From Cenococcum geophilum (Eukaryota): a stretch of 64,000 nucleotides of DNA. Below, piece by piece: positions 1-14,176 of this stretch; position 1 is the first letter of the stretch; each line of letters starts with the position of its first letter. The notes under the pieces were generated by a model. That model was not told the origin of the DNA. It did not search any database and saw only the letters and a list, made by a program, of their open reading frames with translations. Both the position numbers and the translations under genes were made by a program. The DNA is taken from assembly GCA_050273025.1 (NCBI GenBank), contig CP158635.1, forward strand, positions 25,048,001 through 25,112,000, written 5' to 3'.

Positions 1-2199
1 GAGTTTCTATAAAGAGTTGGCGGAGTAAACCGGCCGGATAATCTGGGAATGGTAGCGCACCGGAACGCATGCTTAGGTATGCTGATGATCGTGCGCAATA
101 TACTTAAGGAGGCGCAATGGGAGCTACTGCATGATGCATCAAATTCGCTTGATGGATGCATTAGCATGTTATATGGAACAATTAGGAAGGGGTAGCTACT
201 TTACGATCCGCAGAGTGGAGCTAAAGAAGGCTGTAATTATAACTCTTAAATAGTTTAGAAATGTATATAATTAATCACGCCAGTGAGATTTAGAGCAGCG
301 TTAAGAACGATTAGCGCCCTAACGGCACCTCTGGAGGATGCTTAAATGACTTAAAAGGAGTAAAACAGCTAGCGATTTGGTGGTCATTGCCTCTATCTAA
401 TCCGCAGCCTCCTACTCGCCAGTTGCAGCTATTTACCAGTCTTCGTCACCAGTATTAGTTAGAGTCAGCATATTTACCCTTTACCCTCTACGCAGCCCCC
501 AGAAGCACGTAATATCTTAATTAACTTCTCTATACCTGCTAAGACCTTCCGTAAAAATACTATAGCCTCTTTCCTTTCCATTTCTTATCTTTTAAGCAAT
601 ATAATATCTTAAAGAAAATCTAAATAAGGGTACTATAGTATCTCCAGTTTAAGAAGTGGGACTTAATGACTTGGGAGGCGTATCTGTCTGTAGAGAATAG
701 ACTTGTATAGGGGGAAGGCATATCCTAGGTATGGGATTTTTATACACCATATCTTATATACAGCGCTTTTACTAGTGCAGAAATGTATAAGCAATTTGGG
801 GAAGAAGAACTATATAAAGTTATAGATATAAGTGCAATACCATTATTAATAATAATTAACTTATTGTAATAACAAATATATATTTATAGTGCATGTCTAG
901 ATAAGATCGCGATGGAACTATATATAAAATCCAAAGTTTACTACACCGTAGTCCTAACGAATCTGTGGAAGACACTCGAATTTTATAAGAAAATTAATAG
1001 CTAGTACTAATGGGCTAAAAGTGGGCTTTAAAAGGGTTTCCCCTAAATGTAGTGGACTCTTTTTAGAAATGCCGTCTGTGGCTCCTTCCTATGAGTTGTA
1101 AGGCAGCGACTGGTTTTGGATCTTTTGGCGTCTTCTATTAAACCCTTTGCCGGCTAAGTAAGAATATATTCGCAAAACGCTAGCGTAGCTATATATATAT
1201 TAATGAGGATATTACGCATAATAAAGGCTAGTGGTAAGTTTATATTGCAGAGACTAGGGCCACGTAGTTAAATCGGATTGTTAATAGGTGCCCTCCTCCC
1301 GTATTTAAGCTGTGTGGCAACATTTGCATATAAATCCGTGGCAACTTCTTGGGCCGATTTAGTTCTTAATGCCTTTAAGAGATAAGTATCTACTAATCAT
1401 TGTCACCTACCGCATGCGTGCATTTTGAAGATTTACCTTTTTAAGCTAACGTATACCGCAGCTATTGTGCATTTCGCCCTATATGCTATAGACTTGGTTT
1501 TAATATAACCTGATCCTCTTTATATGCAGTCTATATCTTAGCGTGGAATATAATTTATAAAATTTAAAGGATAAGTATAGTATAGGTAATTAAAAATGGA
1601 TAGTTAGGTCTTTAAAACTTGGGAGTTGAAAGGGTATATAAGGAAACTGGATTGGAAGAATGGGTAAGCCTGGTTCTTAGACTGACTATATAGGTTTAGA
1701 TCCCTATAGGTCAAGCTCTAAGCTGCATTTCGCTAGGATGAGAAGTCTTAGGGCTAGGAATGGCGTTGAAACAGTAGCATTAGGCTTTAAGCTTATCCAA
1801 TTCCGAAAGCAATAGGCAGTAAGTAGCTATATAATATGCACCTCCCTATAACTGCTAACACTTATAAGCAGTCCCGTGGTCCTAGCCTTTAACCCTTTAT
1901 ACCGTGTAGCCCTTTAGAGTGCGTCTCTGCGAATGAAGAGCAGCCTGTTAAAGCCTTACCCTTCTAATAATTATCACCGCCTGCAGTACCTGGAATAGCC
2001 CTATATATATATACTAGAAGCACTCCGCTGCCGGTAAGCCACCAGTTATATTACGAGATTATATAATAAAGGCTAGGCCTTAGTTAAACCTGATCTTTAT
2101 TATAGTATAAAAGGCTACTAACGGCCTTATATTTTCTCCCTAACCTCTTTACATTTTAACTATATCCTATAATAGCAGCGACGCTAGTTACGTATAGTA

Positions 2200-3243
2200 A
2201 TCTTAACGGTAATAGCAAGAAACTATATAACCTTATACCTGCTGACGCTCTACTTCCCAGTGGTACCTAACTACTATTAGTCTTTTGACGGCACTTAACG
2301 ATATCCGATTTAAATCGGCTTCCTATAACTATAGACCGCCGTCCTATAGATGCCGAGAAACTAAAACTTATAATGAAGGGGATATAGTGCTCAGATCTTG
2401 GAGATGTCGAATTTTCCTAGTTTACGACTCTAAAATATAAAAGACTCGCCCCAATAGAAGAAATACTTTTGAGCTATAAGATTGGCTCTAGAAAACTTGC
2501 TTATGAATTTTTAACTAAGCCTTATAGCCTTAAGATTGAGGGTTTCGAAGCTGGGGAATTCGAATATCTTATCTTTGCACTAATTATCCTTCCTCTTAAA
2601 CAAAAGAAGAGTTTCTAGGAGGCTATTAAGGGAAGAGCCTCTAAGTGGGCCGAAGGCGAGTTTGTAATCTGCGGGATATTTATAGTTACAAAAGAATACT
2701 TTAATAAGCTGCTAGACTTTAACCAAACTGTATAGGGGATGTGTTATGGGCATCTTATGAACCTGTTTAAGGTAGATGCTTTATTTATGAAACTAACTTC
2801 GCTTAAAAGCACTGCTTTAAAATAGGGAGCGATTTATTTTATATAAGGCGACTATTTACTCTAACCAAATGCAGTTTAGGTAGTAGAAAAATTATATTAT
2901 GCGAGTGTTCCATGCTAGAGCGCTAATGCGCCGTGGTATGCATATATATCGTTCCATATTGTGACGGGACGTAGAGGGAACCAACCCGATAAATCTAAAA
3001 GGCGCAGTTCTTATTTTTCCACCTCCGGAAGACTCCACTACAATTTGCCAGCTAAGTATGGCCACTAATTGGAATCGTCGTCGTCCCAATAACTTAGTGT
3101 TAGCTCTTTAAGAAGAGAAGCTGCATATATGCATTACTAAGGCACTATCCTCTCTTAGCTTCTTCAGTCTCTCAACGTCGCCCCCACTGTTATCCCCACC
3201 GCTGCCACCCCTCTAGCTCAGAATAAGGATGAAATCTCTATGA
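2200..3243 (+). pseudogene. RIP-degraded ORF of unknown function
   Basis: One frame reads as protein-like over >200 codons (EAGEFEYLIFALIILPLKQKKSF*EAIKGRASKWAEGEFVICG...) with stops of the TAG/TAA/TGA transition type; no family recognised; start approximate. Confidence 0.4.
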
Positions 3244-6200
3244 CGGTAGCGTATACTATCGTATCCCCCCTCCAGGCAATGACTAGGTTTATAATTAGAA
3301 GGTAGCCAATTTTAGAGAATATAAAAAGGGAGCTATAAGCAGCTCTGCTCCTATAGACTAATTACTAGATTATACTAGGAATTATAGTATAGAGGTTAGA
3401 GCTAAGCATCCTTTCTATTAGTTTACGGTTATATAATTTCCGATTATACGGAAGAAAGGGAGCATTGTTTATAAGATAGGAATAAATATGTCTTAATATA
3501 CATATAGGGCGAAAATTGGTAAACTTGGGTGGCTAGGGTAGACGAGGGGCTATGTACCTAGTTCTAGAAGTAAGGACTCTAATAGTATGCATTCCTATAA
3601 CGCATCTCCTTTATTATCCCCTATTTTGGCCACGTGTCCGTCTTCGCTAGGTCCGTACCTTAATGAATATAGTTATATTTCTTCTTACCTTAGTTCGGGC
3701 AGGGTCCCTTATATAAGTAACCTTCTATACTAAATATAAGGTTACTATGATTTACTACGATTCTGTCAATCAAAGTAGTATATATATACTATGAATTCCA
3801 GAATAGCTCTAACATTAGAATCCACACATCGCCCATACTTTACCTGGACGAAAAATCATTGTCATTACCTTATAAAATGTGCGACTATATTTATTAATAG
3901 AGTAAAAACGTAGTGCCTAAAATACTAAGAGACCTGCAAACTATGTCCTCCTAATGTTATAGAAATGTAAGCATAGAGACCTTCTAATCCACTCTAGGAT
4001 TATTGCTTACGGCGTGATTTATAGATAATTACCCGGATAAAAACTGCTGTAAGCTTTAAAGCAGCTAAAAAGATTGGGGGTCGGCTTATTAAAACGCATA
4101 GTAGACTGTTAATTAAAATTACAGATAAAGCAGAGGATATAATTTGGCTAAAAGGTATTATAAGGAAACTGTTTAAACCAGCCAGACATTCTTATGTTGG
4201 GGTGTATTTTACAAGTCTAAACCTTTAGAAATTTACCTTTTTCTATTACTGCTGCCTGGAGAATTGTCCATTCCTCTGAACATATTGTTAGTATTATATA
4301 TTCGGTATGTTTTTAAGAATTACTTTTTATCCATTTAATTAACGGCTGTAGTGCTATCTTCTACTATTTATACTCGTAAGCCTTCGTTAGGTTAAGGAAG
4401 TTTCCGCTTTAATTATAACTAGTATTACCGAGCCTATCAAAAATGGAGCTTATAGATTAGAGTTGGTTTTCTAAGTCTGATAAGGGCTTTAGGGGGAACT
4501 TTGTATTAGAGGGTAGCTTTTTGCTTTCAATATAACGGAAATATATCTGCTTCCTGAAATTCTTTTGGTTATTTACTGACTTTACTCACTCGGACGCTGA
4601 GAGTGGGATAATCTAGGACGAATGCCAGTAGAGTAATCGTTATGTAGTGCGTACTATGGTATTAGGCCAAATTATTATTAACTCCGGTTGAGCTTGGCCT
4701 ACTCCACTATAGTAGAAATAAAAAAAACAAGGCCTTTCACTTGAAGTTATTGGTGAGCTTTAGTCGGTGTATTGACGGGTGTAGTATTACCCTAAAACGT
4801 GCTAATAATAATTCAGCCTGATATTATAGTACGCTACGGAATCATCCTGCCTGGGATTTAGATGAACGCGTCTGACCGGGAAGCCAGCTATAACACAGAC
4901 CACGAACGCCGGCTTGAATGCAACATTCCTTTTTCCGTCTCTACCCTATACCCGATACCATGGGTTATAACCCATGAAACGGCCAGTGCAAGCCCACTTC
5001 GCCGCCTCTGTTAGTCTCCCTCCGTCAGGACCTTATCTAAATGATCTATATAAGATTATAGATTTCGCAAAATACATTACCTTCACTGCTTACGCCTCCA
5101 CTACTACTACTTCTTTTTCTCCTCCTCCTCCACCTGATCTTCCACCTCCTCCTACTTCTCCTCCTCCACTTCCTCCTCTTCTCCTCCTTTTCCTCCTTCT
5201 CTTTCTCCTACTACTATCTATAATGAAGGCCGGAGGTTCTTTTAAAGGCCTCTGATTATCCCTTAAGAGCCTGGGGAAAAGAGTACTGTAGAACAGAGGT
5301 GTGCATCCGCGTTTAGAGCTATACGATAATAACCTAACCACTAAGACGGTTTTAAAAGACTATACTACTTGTTTATCTTGCGCTCTTTTATTTAAACTAA
5401 ATAACGCTAACTTAGCCACAGAGCTAGTATAAGATGAGGCGTATCTAGCTCATAATCCTCCTCCCTATTCCCCTCACCCCTTCTAGTATCGGCCGCTGTT
5501 TAGGTAGAGTGATGGTCCCGAGCTAGAGACGTCCTACGTCTAGAATCTATCATTGGTGGCCGCGTAGGCCTAGATGCCGATAGTTAAAGGAATATAAGAA
5601 ATAGATATAGCGGATACCTAGACTATTAAGCGATGGCTTATATATTTTTTAATAAAGGTTGTAATAAAGGTTGTTCTATAGTGTCTAGTTATAGTATATT
5701 GGTATAGGGTCCTAAATGACCTTTATATAAGTGTTAGTCTTCTATTTAGTAAATGCTAAACTAAGAATTTATCGTTAGATTGTTAAGCATATTAATAAAG
5801 AATTACTGTTACCTAATGTTTTACAAATCCTTGGAATTTATAAGAGCCTATAGCTGGGTGATAAAAACTATACTTATTTAGACGAGACCTCCTATAACTG
5901 ACTACTAGTACTATACGTACCCTGCTAAAACACTACTCCGCCCCACCCGCGTATCACCCTATTTTAGCTATATATTAATCTCCCTTTATTATTTATTATA
6001 TACTTCTTCCTTATATATATATAGAGACCTTAGAGCTATATTTACAATTAAGTCGTTTATTTAATTACCTATACTGCAAAGCTTATACCTCCTATTTACG
6101 ATCTTTAATAGGGTAGAATGCTACTAGAATTTCAACTAGGCATTTAGATATTGCCTAGACTCCGTCTTAACTCGCAGAGTACCCTATATAGATGAAAATT

Positions 6201-7200
6201 TCCCACTTATTTAGATAATCTAGGCTATATAGATTTAATAAACTCCTGTATACAGCTCTCCTTTATATATATAGCTTTCTTAAATAAGACTTTATTTACG
6301 TACTATGCTCGCCCCCATATCTAACTTAAAACTTTCTTAGTTTAGTAGACTATGGCTTCTGCGGTATAGTAAGTTCGCTAAAGTTAAGTAGAATCTTAAA
6401 TCTCCCAAACTGTATACTAACGCATGGACTTCTTAATGCGGTCTTAATTTTAACTTAGTAGAGGCTGCTGCGTAGGATAATCTAGGCTAAAAGCTATGGG
6501 AGCAGCTGTTATATAAGGTGCATGCTACGGAAATCACCCCGCTACGGATTTTAATAAGTGACCGTAAATAGTGTATATTTCTAGTCGGCCACCTTAGGTC
6601 GGATGAACGCGTCCGATTGGGGAGCTAACTAGCTAAAATATAAAATTCCTTTTTCGACCTTTACTAGGGCAGGGTTTCTTAAAGCAGTAAACGCAGCGTC
6701 AATTATTGCATAGTGTTGCAGATTGTCTCGCTATACTAAGATTAGTAATGCTATTATAAAATAGGCTGATCTAGACGGAAGGATGCATCGAAACTTCGCC
6801 CCTTGTGTGTAAGACATGCCCTTTAGGCTAAGGAAGTTTGTTAGGTAATTGGCGACATTTTACAAAGTTTAGATAGCTATAGTAAGAAATATAGTTAGAT
6901 ATAGACGGTTAATGCTAAAGAAATAGAAAAAGTGGTAGGACCGTCTAATCGTTATAGGGGCCCTCTATAGCTCTTCTAAGCCCTCCTAGCCACTTTATAG
7001 GACCTCCCTAGTCTTACCACCCTATCTATACTTAGTTGCTTTAAGTCTAATAAAGCTCCTAGTTCATCTTAGCACTAATAGTTGTTTCCATTTTTTATAC
7101 TTATAGCACTTACCTAGACTCTAGAGCCTTATGTTATGGCCTTAAACTACTTATCTAATAGAGGTTAGCTACGAGCCTTATCCGCTTTAAAAACGGCTTT

Positions 7201-9279
7201 TTATATATAAGGCTGCCCTGGGGATTCTCCACCCCGGCGTATAGTAATGCATTTTATAGGCTTAAAACGGCGACACCTTATACATACTGCAAATGTTATA
7301 ATTAGCGTGCGTAGATAAAAGGGAGCCCCTAATGTTTTAAAATAATAATCACGTATTAAGCAGGCGTCACTAGGAGATAAGGTTTTATTCAAGCATTCGA
7401 GGCGGGTTATGGTGAAAATAGTCACCACATTACTACTTACATTAGGAGATAATGATTTATTTAAGCGCTTATATCGACGATTGTTTCGGACGCATCTTCT
7501 CGTAGGTCTACCACCTATATCCCGCTCCTTAAACAGTTTTAGCCTAACTTACCACTTATATATCTCTTATAGGGTCGTACTATAAATGCCATTCCTTAGG
7601 TTAATTAGTTAATTGGCTTAATTTCCCTTAGGGTTTTTAACTTTTTGCGGTTAAAATTTAACTAAGGGATTCTGCACTAATTATAAGAAAATTTTAAACT
7701 AACCAGCTATCTTTTTAAGGGCTTTAGGCATACGCCAGTTTATAACATCCCTATCTACTTTAGGTATTTAATTAAGCCTTAGCTGCTAGTTTATATATTC
7801 TTTAACTGCTGCCATCTTAAATAAAGGGATATTACTCTATTTATGCCACTGACGGATAATATTTCTGGCTTCGTCCTTTATAAAATTCTACTAATCTTTA
7901 TTAATAACCGTATTTAAGCTAGTCTTATCTATACTTACTAGGAACTTTCTCTATTAGTCTAGGTTATATTACGCATATTACCGCATATTCTCCAACTTAT
8001 TATTAGCATTAAGACCTATAATACATAGTGGCGTTATAAAAGGGGAATATTAGTAAAACCCCTAGGATTATTATATTTGTGGTAGAAGTGGGGTTCGCTA
8101 TACGCTATTGGACTTTCTTAGCTTAATATAGGACCACCCCTACTAAAAGTCCTACTGCCTTCCCTAAGTTGTACTAGTTAAATTATCCATATGGTCTATA
8201 TAGTCTATATAGTTTATATAGTTTATATAGTCCGTATTAGGACCTCTTAGGTAAAGCTACTTATTTTACAGGGGTTAGGATTGTCCGCGTTAGTCTGTAT
8301 AGTCTATATGGTCCGTATGGTCTATATAGTCTATATAGTCTACATAGTCCGTATAGTCCAGAGGGTCCATATTAAACCTCTTAGCCAAACGCCACCCCTT
8401 TTAAGTCCCTATAGCTAATCTTTATCGCAAATGCCATTAGCTAGTTTTATATCGCTAGCAGTTAATTAAAATAGGATATAACCCCGGCTCGGCTCCGCCT
8501 AGTATACTTATAATAGGTTCTATTATCTAGGTAGTCCGTATAGCCCGTATTAAACCTCTTAGCTAAACGCCCCTTTCCTACGTCTCCCTACAGCTAGCAT
8601 TTTGTCTATATTATATTTGCGAAGAGCATTTTGCTAGATATGCTTACTAAGTACGTCCTTTAGATATTAGGCTTCGCATTCCTAGTATTTAGGCTAAGTA
8701 ATCTCTATTTACTATTTAATACACATCCCGCAATATTAATACTATACATAAGCTTATATCTTATCTCTCTTTTACACTAGGCTAACTAGTATAGATGTGG
8801 CATCCTAGTAACCATAATATATTCGCTAAATTTAATTAGCCCCCTTTAGGGGTCAGGCGGCTAGTTCTGGGGACTAGGATCTAGTATAGATAGAACTACT
8901 TCCCTAGGGGTCAAACCTTTAATTACACCCTCTTTATAAATACAGATCTCCAACATAAAGGATAGCCCTCTTTAGATAATTATATAGTAGCTATTAAAGT
9001 TTACTCTAGGCCCTTGCCTTATTTACGCTTAACTAGTCCTTATATTATCCGAGTTAAGGGTTCCGCGAATAAAGGCCTTAATATAGTGGATGTTATTCTT
9101 CCTATAGAGGGAAATAATGATTTCTTCTTACTTATTAAAGGGAAAGCGGTTAAATAGGCCGAAAGTAACTCTTTTTCTTACGGGACGTACCTTATTAAAC
9201 CCACCACCTATAAGAAGCTCTTAACCCTTAACCATTTCTTTAAAGAGCTTAGTAATGATAATTTACTTACTTATTTCCA
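7201..9279 (-). pseudogene. RIP-degraded gene with internal D-H/Y-x repeats and a Cys-containing C-terminus
   Basis: ATG at ~9279 (MEISK*IIITKLFKEMVKG...); 9-bp repeats at 8190-8360 read DYTDYVDYIDYIDHTDHI; C-terminal RRCVRNNRR and AVCIRCRRFKPIKC motifs. Confidence 0.4.
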
Positions 9280-12099
9280 TTCACTAAATAGTCTTATAGT
9301 AGAAAAGTGCTAAGGGTCGGTAAGAGATTTGTTTTAAGTAAGATCTCTATTCTCTATAACAAAATGCAAGCTGCATAAGCACCCCGTATATTTCTAAAAT
9401 TAAACCTTAATCGTCTGTCTATACTCATGCTCATTTTATACTAATAAGAACTTAGGCACCCTTATAATATTCGCGGAGCTATAAAAGGTACCTTCCCGGT
9501 TACTTTAGTCCACAGATGCTTTCACGGTATATATATATCGTTTCACGGTCTTTTTGCCCAGAGTACGGCGCCCAGTTTTATCGCAATTTCCTACTTTCCC
9601 ATTCTACTACCATAGCATATGTGATTACACTCAAGTTTACTATAAGTGTACTTATCTTCAATATATAGTAAGAGCTTAGTATATAAAGTACCAGGAGACG
9701 TATAAAGGATACCTAACAAATGTGGTTGCAATATAAAAAAGGCTCTTATTATTTATACGTAGCTAACAATCTATCTAGCGAGTACCGGCTTAATAAGAGC
9801 TGCGGTAAGTTGACCGTCTATTCTAGAGACCAAGACTGATATAAGGATTCCTAGGTACAAAAGTATCTTATTCCAACCGTTACATTTCTTAAAGACTTAG
9901 AAAATAATACCTAAAAGCTATTCAGAACTAAAACCACCCGCATTTGCTTATACTAACTTGTAAAGTAATAAGTCCAGCCTTTTCGCCTTTAGCAAATACT
10001 TGAATGAGATTACTGCCTCTCTATCGCCGGGGTTTCTTCCAGCTCTTCTATGAGTCGACACAGCTTACATACACTTTCGCATGGCCGGCTTATTTTCGAT
10101 GACGAGGTTTTCCGAAAAGTAAGCGACAGACACGCGCACTCTTTCTCCGCTAATGCCCGTCCAAACCCGCTTTTCGCTTCTGTCGCGGAATCGCGGAACC
10201 CAAAATATGCATATTTCGCTCTTCGCCCTTAAAAGACAAGGGCTCCGCACCAACAGTCCCCCGCACTTCCTCAACGCGACGATACAGACATGGTCAAGGT
10301 TCATCGGGTGTGAAGGAAGCAATAATGGAGAATTCAGGGAAGGGTAAGTGTTACCTTAGTAGGCGTTGGCAGAGTTAAAGCTGCGGGGCGGGGTCGGCGG
10401 GGACGCACGCTAACGCAATCAATAGCGATTATAATTTGTCCAGTGCCAGTTACGTCGCTCAGCTGCACTGTGATCTCCGACTGGGCGTACCTTCAAAGCG
10501 TGCTGTGACGAGCTGCTTTCACCTCGCACGTTGCGTGTGATGGCCTGGATAAATACTACGTCTTCCCCGCCTTCTCCTCTCTCCTGATAAAATTCTGCTT
10601 TTGTTGATCGGAATCGTCTCGTATGTCATGCGTGATGGTTTACCCTGCGCTTTCGCTACCCTCGTCTGCCCGCCAACATTGGAGAACATGTTCATCATGT
10701 GCTTTTGAGACAACGAAGGCAGTCTGCCTGCGCTGATTCCTATCTACTACCCCGCCATGGTCCTTATTTCCCCGATCTCCTCATCCCCGCGACGATGCCA
10801 ATTTGTTCTTAGCTGCCAAATTTCAGAGCTCCCTTGCTGCCTGACGTCTTAGCCCGCTGAGTGCTGTTCTTATTGCGCAAGACCCCACCTCGGCGCGCGT
10901 GACTGCCCCTCAATTCTCATGTCAACTCTCGCGCCACGTCATCCCTAAAAATGAAAATCCTGCGGCAACAAATTTACGAGAACCCGAACTGAGGCAGTCA
11001 AATTTCTGGACCGCAACAGTGACGAATTAACTGCTGGGAGAGATATCACGTTCTGCCGTGGAACCCATAAGCTATATTTCAATAGGGCTGACGGAGGGGA
11101 TCGCGTTCGGGGAGACCCAGAATGAAAGGGATCTTTTTATGGGAAAGGTCGCGAAGCGTATTAGGGCCGAAAAAGATGTTCGTACTGCTTATCCCAGATC
11201 GCATTCTAGCTAGATGCTGAAAATTTTCGGCAGAATAACCTAGACATAAGCGAGCTACCAGAGCCTTTTAGATATAAAGTAACAAGGTATAATAACTTGA
11301 AGGATATATGGCTTGAGATTCGGCGTGGCGGAGCATATTTTGAGAAGGCTTATAACATCCGCGAAAACGGATCATTCCCCGTCAGTTATAAGGGACCAGG
11401 TCTTATATTGCCGAACGCTAAGAAATCTAAATTGGAATTTCGTGTCCAAGAAGATTGTTTAGTTGTAGGATAGGAATTGCAAAACTGATCTAATATTGAC
11501 TAATTTCTCCAAAATATTCATCTATGCTGAAGTTTTTGCCTTTCGAAGGTGTATTTCCATTTATTCTTCGCCTTTTCCGGCCATCAAAATCTCCGGTGCA
11601 ATCGATTATGTTTTGATTACAGTCTCCTCTTATGCCTCCTAATGGATCTGACGGCAACGTACTGGTAGGTACTCCCGGATAAAGTTTGTAGGAATTCGGA
11701 ACTGAGTTATATCTTATCGGTTATGGAAGATTATCTACCATACAGTTAGATAGGTTTTAGCACGTAAAGGGTTGGCGGACCTATATCTCGGGCGAAAGTG
11801 CTATGCATCGCGTTATTCATTGCCCAATTCGAATTCGGCTCTACATGCGAAGTCATATAATTAGCTAGTTGTGTAAGGGAATTATATAATAGGGGATGTG
11901 TGTTAGGAATTTATACGTCCGGTAACATAGACGTTATGTCATATCTATAGTTATAAGACGCTAATAGGTTACTAGTCGTACTATATAATATAGAAGGGGG
12001 GTTGCTATATTTCCGGGTATTGAAAATATCGGAAGCCCTAAGAGAGAAATATTAGTGCCTAGGAGGATACGTATCTAAGAGTGCACCCTCTACAAGTTA

Positions 12100-12983
12100 T
12101 TAGGGCTAGCGCAGTGCTTAATTATAGGGCACTAGAGTTTTATTAGAAGCTTAGAGTTGCAATTTGTCTAGATATATAATTAAACGAACCATTTGGCACT
12201 TGTTGCTTGGTATTCAATACTATAAAGTAATTATTTAAGCCCTTCTGGCGAGAGATTTCCTAGAGTTCTAAGTTTCCTATAATACCATTAGTCCATCTTC
12301 ACGACGTTAAGAGAGCTCTACAAACTTGTCGCTTAACTCTGGACTATCTGGGGTCTTTCTTCTTCTTCTTCTTCTTCTTCGTCGTCGTCGTCGTCCTTCT
12401 TCTCCTCATCCTCGTCCCCCTCTTTCTTCTTCTCCTCGTCCTCTTTCTTATCCCCACCTCCTTTTTCCTAGTGCTTATCAAGCACTAAAAGAGGTTAATT
12501 CCAACAATTGATTTTGTTAGAACTTAACATACTCTCGTAAAATTCCTTCGCTTAACTATCAAGCCCCTCTTTTCTACCAGTTTTATTAATTGCATTTTTT
12601 AAACAACTTACTAAGGTATGCGGAAAAGGTTTATCTAGATAGGGTGACACGGGCCTAAGACGGTTCACCTCCTTATCAGTAACTTTTATGATGTTTTTAT
12701 CTGGTTTATCTTCCTCTGTAAAACAACTAAGGCGGTTATTGGTATACTTTAAGAAAAGATTATATAAAACCGCAAATATCATTTTCTTAAAAAAGTCCCA
12801 ATTCCAAAGCACATAACATCTAGTCTTTTCAACTCTTTCAGTCTTAGCCGAGAAGTAGATATCTATCGGTTCCTAATCAACAATCGCTAACCTAACTATC
12901 GTTACGATCTGCTTGTGCATCTTATTCTTCTTTAAAAGGTCATTTTACTTTCCAAACTATTTCTTAAGGTCATTAGCTGACAT
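12100..12983 (-). pseudogene. RIP-degraded ORF with an acidic tract, unknown function
   Basis: ATG at 12983 (MSANDLKK*FGK*NDLLKK...) runs in frame into ORF 12552-12812 and an EDEEKDDDDEEEEEE tract; 3' end approximate. Confidence 0.45.
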
Positions 12984-13020
12984 AAGCTCTCCTTCTATTA
13001 TAGTTATAAGTGCAAAACAA

Positions 13021-13140
13021 GTTATAGCGTAACGAGTTATAGCGTAACAAGTTATAGCGTAACGAGTTGTGGCGTAACGAGTTATGGCGTAACGAGTTAT
13101 AGCGTGACGAGTTGTGGCGTAACGAGTTGTGGCGTGACGA
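13021..13140. repeat. 15-bp tandem repeat, 8 copies
   Basis: Units GTT(A/G)T(A/G)GCGT(A/G)AC(G/A)A; all variants are G/A transitions of GTTGTGGCGTGACGA. Confidence 0.95.
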
Positions 13141-13182
13141 CAGTGCGATAAGTATAGCGGCAGGGCGGTAGGGCGGTAGCTT

Positions 13183-13370
13183 GGGCAGGACAGCTAGGGC
13201 AGGACAGCTAGGGCAGGACAGCTAGGGCAGGACAGCTAGGGCAGGACAGCTAGGGCAGGACAGCTGGGGCAGGACAGCTAGGGTAGGATAGCTGGGGCAG
13301 GACAGCCTGGGAAGATAGCTTGGGCAGGACAACTTAGGCAGGACAACTTAGGTAGGACAACTTAGGCAGG
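13183..13370. repeat. 14-bp tandem repeat, ~13 copies
   Basis: Unit GGGCAGGACAGCT(A/G), degenerating towards the right end. Confidence 0.95.
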
Positions 13371-14085
13371 GGCGCAACTTACTTTTCAATCATCCCACTA
13401 TTACACAGAATGGTGTATATGCCTTTGTATGCAAACCCCTAATTTACGGAGCTAGTGGCTTAAAACCCTTACTATTGCTAAGCCAACTTAAATCGTGGAA
13501 ATTATTCGCAAAACTAAGCACTACTATATATTTCTTAGTGTATAGTTGGCCACCCCCATAGAGCCGGAAATAATGCTTTAGTGTAGTGATATAAATAGAT
13601 TGGATTAGTTCTAAAACTAATTACTATAAAACGATTTTAAGCCTATATAGAGTATGGCGCAAAAATTGATTTCTATTTCCTTTTTAAGACTAATAGATAC
13701 CCTCTATAAGGTCGCTAAAGTTATAGGGCTCTATCGCCTAAACAACAAAGATTTTAGGTAGTCTATCCCTTAAAGGCCCCCTAAAGCCTAAAACCTCAAT
13801 TCCTTAATTTTCGAAAGCAGGGGGCTAAAAAGGTGTAATTACCAACTACCCTATCCAACTCAATAAACTAATTAAGCTGCCACTCAATTATTTAAAGGCT
13901 TGTTATATCCCTACTTCCCCTATTTATAATTAGGGCTATCGCATAACTAGGACATATTTACTACGGCATTATACTTCCACTACTACTCTATATATAAGCA
14001 AGCACACACGCTAGATATATTACAGTATTCTATTATAGTGATCTTTTTAGACTAGAGTAGAGTAGATAGAGTGGATAAAGTATAG

Positions 14086-14176
14086 AGCTCCAATAGAGCG
14101 CCAGTTTACATTTATTAGTTTTAAGCCTAGTACTTTCCTAAAACTAATAAATATAAACTGGCGCTCCACTAGAGCT
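14086..14176. repeat. Inverted repeat/hairpin with 38-bp arms (possible MITE relic)
   Basis: 14086-14123 AGCTCCAATAGAGCGCCAGTTTACATTTATTAGTTTTA matches the reverse complement of 14139-14176 with only transition mismatches. Confidence 0.8.

Noticed and set aside
4974..5341. Pro/Leu-rich and Arg/Gly-rich ORFs (also 12326-12511 and 35156-35464)
   Set aside because: Alternative or antisense frames of acidic low-complexity tracts.
4860..6630. FPVRRVH / PIGRVH resembling histone H2A (FPVGRVH)
   Set aside because: Flanking translation does not continue as H2A in any frame.
13021..13370. Repeat arrays as CRISPR (also the 126-bp array at 56-57 kb)
   Set aside because: Head-to-tail units with no unique spacers, no cas genes and a eukaryotic context; the 126-bp unit encodes TPRs.
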